Of a stretch of 32,000 nt of DNA, positions 1 to 6,618 are shown one piece after another. The stretch comes from Phycisphaera mikurensis NBRC 102666 (GTDB lineage: Bacteria > Planctomycetota > Phycisphaerae > Phycisphaerales > Phycisphaeraceae): positions 1,350,001-1,382,000 of the forward strand of contig NC_017080.1 in the NCBI RefSeq assembly GCF_000284115.1, read 5' to 3'. How positions within the stretch are numbered: position 1 is the stretch's first letter; each line of letters opens with the position of its first letter. The notes below the pieces were generated by a model, which worked only from the letters and a program-made list of their open reading frames with translations, was not told the origin of the DNA and ran no database searches. The translations under genes and the position numbers were made by a program.

Positions 1-28
1 TTGCGGCGAAGTTTTCAGCCTTAAAGCT

Positions 29-166
29 ATGGATAGGCACAGGAGGCGTGTCCATTTCATACCAACGCCACAACAGTCTGCTATGGTGAAATGCCCGCAC
101 TGCCGGAAAGCCGTGAGGCAGTGCAATCTGCGAAAGCACATGGAAAAAATGCATCCTCAATCTTGA
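29..166 (+). CDS. hypothetical micro-protein with a C2H2 zinc-finger-like motif (45 aa from ATG 29, or 27 aa from ATG 83; the frame is open to the left window edge)
   Basis: Hand translation of frame 2 gives MDRHRRRVHFIPTPQQSAMVKCPHCRKAVRQCNLRKHMEKMHPQS, stop TGA 164-166. The motif is C-X2-C-X11-H-X4-H. Codons are AT-rich, unlike the rest of the window. It is too short for the ORF track, and there is no homology evidence. Confidence 0.25.
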   Translation: MDRHRRRVHFIPTPQQSAMVKCPHCRKAVRQCNLRKHMEKMHPQS

Positions 167-180
167 AGGCCAGCTCGCCG

Positions 181-302
181 GCGTGCGGCCTAACTCGGCG
201 TTGCAGCGGACCGGCAGTGTGTGCGGGTTTACAGTGCTCCCCCCGGGTCCAGCTGCGTCGTCGCTCTGGCCGGCCGCTGAACGCTTCTTCGTTAGGCCGC
301 AC
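181..302. repeat. MITE-like 122-bp hairpin element, copy 1
   Basis: The termini GCGTGCGGCCTAAC ... GTTAGGCCGCAC are exact reverse complements. The arms extend imperfectly to about 38 bp (CGTTGCAGCGGACCGGCAG pairs with CTGGCCGGCCGCTGAACG). It is highly similar to the copies at 455 and 1367. Confidence 0.8.
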
Positions 303-454
303 CAAACCGGGCGGTTGGGCTCCGCTCCTCCGCACGCTGGCGGGCGTCGCCGCCGGCCGCTGCTCGGCGTGCTCGCCGCTCGGTTCGCTGCGTCGGCCGC
401 CGCGGCTCCAGCTCGCCGGTGCTCTCGTGCAGCCGGGCCCGTGGCACATCCGCC

Positions 455-575
455 GCGTGCGGCCTAACCAGGCAATGCAGCGGACCGGGGGTGTGCGCGG
501 GTTTACGGTGCTCGCCCGGATCCGGGCCGCCGTTGTGGTTGCCCGGCCGCTGATTGCTTCTTCGTTAGGCCGCAC
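455..575. repeat. MITE-like 121-bp hairpin element, copy 2
   Basis: It has the same termini (GCGTGCGGCCTAACCAGGC ... CTTCTTCGTTAGGCCGCAC) and a conserved interior (GCAGCGGACCGG, GGTTTAC, CCGGCCGCTGA). Confidence 0.8.
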
Positions 576-648
576 CAGTGGAGTGGAAATGCACTGCGCT
601 ATGCCGCAATCACCAAGTGCCGTCTCTTCTTCTCTGGTGCGTTTCACA

Positions 649-1212
649 TCAGCTGCGTGGAGCGATCCTCGACTCTGCTACACCGGAGAAGAGTGATTCC
701 AGTCCCTTCTGCACGCGTTGAGCGAGGTCCGGCGTTGCGGCAATATCACCTGCTGAGAGATTCGCGGGGAACGCCGGGAGCTGGACCGATCGATCGCCAA
801 GTAGTACAACCCCCATCGTGCGGAGTACCTCGCGAAGTGCCGCGTCCGCGTGATGCGCGCCGGCGCGAGCGTTGATGACCAACACGGGCTTATCGGTCGC
901 GGCGGGCACGCTCACGAGCCACTCCAGCGTGTTCTTTATATGGGCGCTGATCCCGTGTGCGTACTCCGGGCTTGCGAGCAGCAGGCCGTCGCATGCTGCG
1001 ACCCACTCTCGGCAAGATGTAACGGTGCGCGGCGGGTCCGCCTCCAGGTCGGGATTGAAGAGCGGCAGCCGGGCCGGTAGGTCGGAGGTCTCCAGCTCGG
1101 CGTACTCCGGGAAGAGAGTTCGCGTCGCTTTGAGAACGCGCGCATGAACAGAATTGGCACGCAGGCTGCCGCACAGACCGGCAATTCGGACTTCCGGGCG
1201 AGTACGTGGCAC
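649..1212 (-). CDS. NADPH-dependent FMN reductase family oxidoreductase (SsuE/ChrR/ArsH-like flavodoxin fold)
   Basis: The 187-aa ORF carries family hallmarks: IAGLCGSLRANSVH near the N-terminus, LPLFNPDLE, and LLLASPEYAHGISAHIKNTLEWL. The start is a GTG at 1212. Confidence 0.85.
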   Translation of the reverse strand: MPRTRPEVRIAGLCGSLRANSVHARVLKATRTLFPEYAELETSDLPARLPLFNPDLEADPPRTVTSCREWVAACDGLLLASPEYAHGISAHIKNTLEWLVSVPAATDKPVLVINARAGAHHADAALREVLRTMGVVLLGDRSVQLPAFPANLSAGDIAATPDLAQRVQKGLESLFSGVAESRIAPRS

Positions 1213-1296
1213 AGGACGCCTCGACTGTACCGCCGCGAGGGACGTCTCTTCTATCAGGTCCGCGGGGCCGTTAGGGACGCTCCTGCCATGTGAAAG

Positions 1297-1342
1297 CCGC
1301 GGACCGTCACATCCTCAAGCGTTCCGGCGCTCCAGTGCGCGG
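1297..1342. repeat. 46-bp palindromic element, degenerate copy
   Basis: The left arm CCGCGGACCGT is exact at 1297-1307. At the expected 46-bp spacing the right arm is CCAGTGCGCGG, matching ACGGTCCGCGG at 8 of 11 positions. Confidence 0.45.
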
Positions 1343-1366
1343 CGCGGTCGTTTCTCGCGGGCCCCC

Positions 1367-1487
1367 GCGTGCGGCCTAACCAGGCGTTGCAGCGAACCGG
1401 CAGTGCTCGCAGGTTTACACTGCTCCTCCGGTTCTAGCTGCGTCGTCGCTCTGGCCGGCCGCTGAACGCTTCTTCGTTGGGCGGCCA
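1367..1487. repeat. MITE-like hairpin element, copy 3 (right terminus degenerate)
   Basis: GCGTGCGGCCTAACCAGGCGTTGCAGCGAACCGGCAGTG ... GGCCGGCCGCTGAACGCTTCTTCGTTGGGCGGCC. It is colinear with copies 1 and 2. Confidence 0.75.
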
Positions 1488-1675
1488 TTTCTCCAACTCG
1501 TTCCACAATCCGCCTGATCTCCTCCATCATCGCGACCGTGGCCTGCCTCGCGTTGCTGGCTTCGCTCTTGGTGCTCCTGCTTGCCCCACATCCGCTCATG
1601 GCACTGCCTGTCGTCATCTTCGGCGTCGGTGGGCTCGGTGCTGCGGCGGTGGCGTACTCCGCCAGTCGCGCTCCC

Positions 1676-1705
1676 GCCGCCTAACGCTTCTCCGTTGGGC
1701 CGCAC
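1676..1705. repeat. truncated or solo-end copy of the MITE-like element
   Basis: GCCGCCTAAC-GCTTCTCC-GTTGGGCCGCAC matches the last ~26 nt of the full element (AACGCTTCTTCGTTAGGCCGCAC). It can itself fold as a ~10-bp hairpin. Confidence 0.5.
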
Positions 1706-1750
1706 CCAAAGCGGGCTTGTGCTGCTGCGCACATCCGCCGTCTCGCCAAG

Positions 1751-1796
1751 CCGCGGACCGTCGCGGGTTTCGGCGTCCCGGCCCCACGGTCCGCGG
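1751..1796. repeat. 46-bp palindromic element (REP-like)
   Basis: CCGCGGACCGT (1751-1761), 24 nt, ACGGTCCGCGG (1786-1796): perfect 11-bp arms. The reverse-complemented loop resembles the loop of the 6550 copy (GGGA.GC.GAAACC.GC). Confidence 0.8.
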
Positions 1797-2147
1797 CGCG
1801 GCGGCCTCGTGCGGTGCAGCTCCGCCGCTCATCCGGTCGCCCTCCCCGCCGCCTTCCACGCTCGCCGCGTGTGGTCCTACCGGTCGTCGGCCGTGCCCGC
1901 GGCGACCTGCAACACCGCCGCCGCCTGCGGCTGGGTCCTCCCCACGTCTTCGACCGCCGTGGGCCCCCGCGACCGCGAAACCATGGATCCGCCGTCCGTG
2001 AGCCTCCGAGCCTCGGACATCCCGCTCCGGCGGCTGGGAAGTCGAGAAGCGTTGGGCTGGACGCGGCCCTTGAGGTCGTTGGGCGGTGCTCTCGGGACGT
2101 TCAGGACCGCGACGCGGCCGCGGGTGTTGCGAGGCCGGTCCGGTCGC

Positions 2148-3113
2148 TCAGGGCTTCGAGGCGTCGCTGCCTCGGCCCTCGATCACGCCGACGACGCCGT
2201 TCTCCTGCGAGGACCGGTGCAGCGCGCCCTGCTCGTGCATCGCGGGGAGATCGGTGTGCTGGCGCTCGAACTGCATCGCGGCCATCTTGTCGAAGAGGCT
2301 CGGCACCGCTTTGGCCAGTGCCGTGTTGAGGTGGGCCATCGCGCCGACCTTCTGGACGTCGGTGGGGGAGGTCGCGGCTTCGAGGATGGCGTGAGCGACC
2401 TTCGTCGCCTCGATCATCGGGGTCGGCAGCTTCGCCTCTTGGTCGCGGAGGTTCCGGGCGTGCTGGGGGTAGGGCGTGTCCACGGCCGTGGGCTGGACGA
2501 GCGTGACCTTCACGCTGGCCTTCTCCACCTCTTCGAGCTCGATGCGGAAGGCGTCGTTGATGCCCTTGACCGCGTGCTTGCTCGCGGAGTAGACGCCCTG
2601 CATCGGGATGGTCGCGTCGGAGACCTCGCTGCCGACGTTGATGAGGGCTCCGCCTTGCACCTTCAGGTGCGGGATCGCCGCCTGGCAGCCGTTGAAGACG
2701 CCCCAGACGTTGGTGTCGAAGAGGCGCCTGGCGTCGTCGAGCGGAGTCTCCTCCATCGTGCCGTAGATGCTGACGCCGGCGTTGTTGACCCAGGTGTCGA
2801 TGCGGCCGAAGCGGTCGATCGCGGTTTGCGCCGCGGCGTCGACCTGCGCCCGGTCGGCGACGTCGCAGGTGGCGGTGGCGACGCGGCCTAGCGCGTCGGC
2901 CTCGGCTTCGAGCCGGCGGGCGATCTCGGCGAGGGCGTCGCCGCTGCGGGCGACCAGCACGACCGAGGCCCCGGCGCGCACGGCGGCCTCCGCGGTGGCC
3001 AGGCCGATGCCGCTGGAGGCGCCGGTGACGACGAGGACCTGCTCTTGGAGCGGCTTCAAGAAGATCGACACGGCGGTTCCTTTCGGTGGGTGAAGAGGCG
3101 ATGCCCCCCCCAA
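2148..3113 (-). CDS. SDR-family (short-chain dehydrogenase/reductase) oxidoreductase
   Basis: It has the cofactor motif VTGASSGIG, NNAG, and the catalytic YSASK with a downstream extension. The track start at 3113 is a TTG. A GTG at 3071, preceded by AAAGGAACC, is the more likely start (VSIFLKPLQEQVLVVTGASSGIG). Confidence 0.9.
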   Translation of the reverse strand: MGGASPLHPPKGTAVSIFLKPLQEQVLVVTGASSGIGLATAEAAVRAGASVVLVARSGDALAEIARRLEAEADALGRVATATCDVADRAQVDAAAQTAIDRFGRIDTWVNNAGVSIYGTMEETPLDDARRLFDTNVWGVFNGCQAAIPHLKVQGGALINVGSEVSDATIPMQGVYSASKHAVKGINDAFRIELEEVEKASVKVTLVQPTAVDTPYPQHARNLRDQEAKLPTPMIEATKVAHAILEAATSPTDVQKVGAMAHLNTALAKAVPSLFDKMAAMQFERQHTDLPAMHEQGALHRSSQENGVVGVIEGRGSDASKP

Positions 3114-3235
3114 CGCTGCCCCGGATCCGTAGCGCCGCCCGGCCGCCGCGTCCAGCCCGGGACGCCGCGGATCCCGCGCTCCCGGGGGGCGGCGAACGGC
3201 CCCGTCGGCGGCGCGGTCGGTAGCCTCCGAGGCGG

Positions 3236-4636
3236 ATGAGCCCGCCGCCCAACGTCCTGCTGCTCTACGTCGACCAGCTGCGGTGGGACGCCCTGGGGTG
3301 CGCCGGCAACCCCGACGTGCTCACGCCCAACCTGGACGCGCTCGCGGCGCGGGGCACCCGCTTCACGCACCACTTCGTGCAGAATCCGGTGTGCATGCCC
3401 TCGCGGCTGTCGATGCTCACCGGCCGCTACCCCGCCAACCTCGGAATCACGGAGATGGCGGTGCCGGTCCCGCCGGGCACCGAGACGGTCGCGACGCGTT
3501 TCGCGGCGGCGGGGTACCGCACCGCCAACATCGGCAAGCTGCACTTCCTCCCGCACAGCAACCGGGACCACCGCGAGCCGCACCCGTCGTACGGCTTCCA
3601 CCACCTGGAGATCAGCGACGAGCCGGGCCCCTACGACGACGCCTACCGCGCCTTCGTGCGGCGTGTTGCACCAAAGCACCTGCCGGCGGTGTCGCTCCAC
3701 GTCGACCCGCCGGCGGCCCGCGTGCACCGGGAGGTGACCGGCCGGGACGACGGCATCCCGCACCCCAGAGCCTGGAGCCCTTGGACCACGGCGGCGGCGT
3801 CGGTCCCGTGGGACCTCACGCACACCGCCTTCGTCGGCCGCCGCGTGCGCGACTTCCTCGGGAACCAGGCGGCCGGCGGAACGCCCTTCTTCTGCGTCGC
3901 GGGCTTCTACAGCCCGCACTCGCCGCTGGTCGCGCCGCAGCGCTTCCTGGACCTCTACGACCCCAAGTCACTCACGCCGCTGCCCGAGCCCGACGACCGC
4001 GCCGGGCTCGACGACCCGGAGCACCGGCGGCAGGCGCTGCACGGCTACTACGCGATGATCAGCGAGGTCGATCACTGGGTCGGCGAGATCCTCAGCGAGC
4101 TGGCGCGGGCGGGCCACGCGGAGGACACCGTCGTCGCCTTCACGGGCGACCACGGCGAGTCCCTCGGCGACTTCGGCCGCTGGGGCAAGTCCTTCCCCGG
4201 GGAGGACTGCGTCTCGCGGGTGCCGCTGCTGGTGGCGAGCCCCGGGCAGCGGCCGGGTGTGTGCGACGCGCTCGTGGAGGCGGTCGACCTGGTGCCGACG
4301 CTGTGCGAGCTCTGCGGCGTGGTGCCCTCGCCGGACCTCGACGGGGCGAGCCTCCGGGCGGCGATCGACGCGCCGGCAGCTTTCGCGGGCAAGGGCGAGG
4401 TGCTGATGGAGGGCAGCCTGCGCAAGCCCGCGTGGCGCTCGATCCGCACGCGGACGCATCGCTACGTGCTCGACGCGGCGGGCGAGGAGATCGTCCACGA
4501 GCTGGCCGAGCCCTTCGGTGAGAGCCGCAACGCGGCGGGCGAGATCGACCCGGCGGTGCTTGCGGAGCTGCGGCACCGGCTGGCGACGCGTGTGATCGCG
4601 TCGCACCGCGGGAGCCCGGCGGTGTGGCCGTATTGA
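3236..4636 (+). CDS. S1-family sulfatase (formylglycine-dependent, Cys-type)
   Basis: 466 aa. The N-terminus reads NVLLLYVDQLRWDALGCAG, followed by the sulfatase signature CMPSRLSMLTGR (C-x-P-x-R). FTGDHGE and GKS motifs are present. No signal peptide is visible. Confidence 0.92.
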   Translation: MSPPPNVLLLYVDQLRWDALGCAGNPDVLTPNLDALAARGTRFTHHFVQNPVCMPSRLSMLTGRYPANLGITEMAVPVPPGTETVATRFAAAGYRTANIGKLHFLPHSNRDHREPHPSYGFHHLEISDEPGPYDDAYRAFVRRVAPKHLPAVSLHVDPPAARVHREVTGRDDGIPHPRAWSPWTTAAASVPWDLTHTAFVGRRVRDFLGNQAAGGTPFFCVAGFYSPHSPLVAPQRFLDLYDPKSLTPLPEPDDRAGLDDPEHRRQALHGYYAMISEVDHWVGEILSELARAGHAEDTVVAFTGDHGESLGDFGRWGKSFPGEDCVSRVPLLVASPGQRPGVCDALVEAVDLVPTLCELCGVVPSPDLDGASLRAAIDAPAAFAGKGEVLMEGSLRKPAWRSIRTRTHRYVLDAAGEEIVHELAEPFGESRNAAGEIDPAVLAELRHRLATRVIASHRGSPAVWPY

Positions 4637-4665
4637 GCCGCGGTCCGGCGGGTCGCGGTGGAGGT

Positions 4666-6509
4666 TCAGCCGCGGGCGATCTCGATTGCGGCGGCGTCGA
4701 AGGCGGCGGCGCCGATCGCGCCGCCGGCACGGCTGCCCCGGTGGACGGCGGCGACGGACCACCCGGCCGCGAGCCGCAGCGGGGCCGTCGCCTCGCCCGG
4801 GGCGGCGTCGACCGGGACCAGCACGCGGCGGTCGCCCGCGAGGGCGTGCTCGATCGAGCCCAGGCGCGGGTGACGGGCGGAGGCGACGCGGCTCGTGTCG
4901 CCAGCGTCGCCCAGCCGGTGCCGGGTGAGCACGAGGTTGCCGTCGGGCTCGGCGGCGAGCACCTCGGCGCGGTCGCCCGCGGCGGAGAGCTCCAGCTCCC
5001 AGCGGGCGGAGGAGGCGTGGGGAACGCCCCCCGGGCAACTCGGTGCGGAGGCCCCCGCCCACCGGCCGCGGGAACCGCCGGTGCAGGTGGACGCCGAAGA
5101 CGCGACCCAGGTCGTTCACGTGCGCGTCGTCGATGGCGACGAGCACGCGAACCCCCGCCCGCGCCCGCTGCTCCAGCTCGCGGGCGAGAGGCGCCCGCAT
5201 CGCGGTGAGGCCGGTGGCCGAGGGCACGATCCGCAGCGGCAGGTCCGGGATTGGGCCGCTGCTCGCGGCGTAGACGACGTCGAGCCCCGCCTGCCGGGCG
5301 AGCACCCATGCATCGCAGGCGGCGGCCCGGGGATCTTGCTCCGGCTTAAGGGTCACCGCCGCTTCGGCTCGCCGCGCCGGAAGCCGCCCGAAGGGCATCC
5401 CCGCCGCCGCCTCCGCCACCTCGCCCAGCGCCGCCAGGGCCGGCTTCTCCGAGCCGTCCCCGCGGACCAGGCCCAGCTTCCGTTCATCCGCCACCCACCC
5501 GCACGGCGGGTGCGTAAGCGCGTCCTGGTCGGAGGCGTACCACCACATCGCGGCCCGGCCGCCGTGCTGCCAGAGGCTCCAGGCCGACGCGCGGAGGAAG
5601 TCGGCCGAGCGTTCGTCATCGCACACGGTCGGGCCCATGCTGCCGATCTCCTCGGCGGAGCACGGTCTGCCGGAGAGGTCGGCGTGCAGCCGGGTCTCGC
5701 AGGCGGCGTGGGCGATCGGCCGCAGCGTGTCGGTGGGGTCGTTCCCGGCGTGGTCCACCCAGAAGGCGTGCGGGTGCGTGGTCAAGACGTCGATCCGCTC
5801 GCCCTGGTCGTCGATCCGCCAGCTGGCCAGGCCGGCCGCGTCGTCGCGGTCCACCTCCACCCTCAGCGTGTGCACGCCCAACACCAGCGGGCGGGTGGGA
5901 TCGGCCGCCTTGCTCGTCCCGGCGAGCAGGGCGGTCCACGCGTAGGCGGCTTCCCGCGAGAGGGTCTTGCCGTGCTCGTTGCACTCGTTGCCCAGGTCCC
6001 GGGCGGCGATGGCCCCGGCGTGCTTCGTGCGCCCGATGATCCCGCGGCACAGGCGGACCTGCCGCTGCATCGACAGCAGGCTGGTGATCGGGCCGAGGTG
6101 CGCCAGGCCCGGCGGGGCGAAGCGTCGGCCGCTCACGTGCCCGGTCACCAGGCCGACGGAGAGCTTCAGCCCCCGCTCGCCGGCGAGCCCGCAGAAGCGG
6201 TCGAAGCGCCGAAGCATCGCCGGGTCGAGCTCCTCGCGGTTGGGCAGGGGCGAGCCGTCGGCGATCGTGTCGCCGAAGGGCTCGCCGCGGCCGCTGTCGA
6301 GCCGATGGATCGGCTGGAAGTCCGACCACAGCGGAAACACGCGCAGCAGCGTGACGCTCGCGGCCGCGAGCGTTTGTGGATCGGCCGCGACCACGTCTTC
6401 GCGCCGGTCGCTCAACACGGCCTCTCCCGCGGGCGACGCCCAGTGGTCCGCGCACCGCCAGCCCGCCGGCGGGCAGCAGCGTCTCGACGGCTTGCTCGAT
6501 CTCGTCCAT
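4666..6509 (-). pseudogene. clan GH-A glycoside hydrolase (GH5/GH42-like architecture), reading frame interrupted
   Basis: The middle frame (track ORF 3968..6418) reads RVFPLWSDFQP, DLGNECNEHG (NE acid/base-type motif) and SAEEIGSMG. It turns into Arg/Pro-rich nonsense after ...GLRTELPGG. A different frame (track ORF 4666..4962, open upstream) continues sensibly (VPHASSARWELELSAAGDRAEVLAAEPDGNLVLTRHRLGD...) and stops 30 nt from the convergent sulfatase. The switch maps to CCCCCCGGG at 5027-5035. An ATG at 6509 lies in a third frame. Confidence 0.6.
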
Positions 6510-6549
6510 CCCGAATGGGATGCCGCGTCCGCGTGAACGCCGCAGACGC

Positions 6550-6595
6550 CCGCGGACCGTGGGCGTCGGGAGGCGAAACCGCCGACGGTCCGCGG
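6550..6595. repeat. 46-bp palindromic element (REP-like)
   Basis: CCGCGGACCGT-GGGCGTCGGGAGGCGAAACCGCCG-ACGGTCCGCGG with perfect arms. It lies just downstream of the FG-GAP gene stop (6619) and upstream of the GH start. Confidence 0.8.
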
Positions 6596-6618
6596 GATCG
6601 GGTCCTTGGGCTCCGCGG

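Noticed and set aside
81-696. ORFs 81..647(-), 91..696(+) and 183..467(+) as protein-coding genes
   Set aside because: They are translations of the MITE-like repeats, which explains the repeated LVRPNEEA and SSLGRT peptides. They are mutually overlapping on both strands and have no domain signal.
181-1487. The repeated units as a CRISPR array
   Set aside because: The units are ~122 bp, far longer than CRISPR repeats. They are internally hairpinned and irregularly spaced (starts at 181, 455 and 1367), with a normal gene between them. No cas genes are present.
1315-1617. 100-aa minus-strand ORF (…ATVAMMEEIRRIVERVGEMAAQRR…) as a small gene truncated by a repeat insertion
   Set aside because: Only ~45 residues look protein-like and the rest is repeat-derived. 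There is no RBS or promoter signal and no recognisable family, so the evidence is insufficient.
3968-4665. 3' continuation of the 816-aa ORF (3968..6418) into the sulfatase gene
   Set aside because: After ...GLRTELPGG the frame becomes Arg/Pro-rich nonsense and would overlap the convergent sulfatase by ~670 bp. A one-nucleotide shift gives a sensible tail ending at 4666, so the extension is read-through of the wrong frame.
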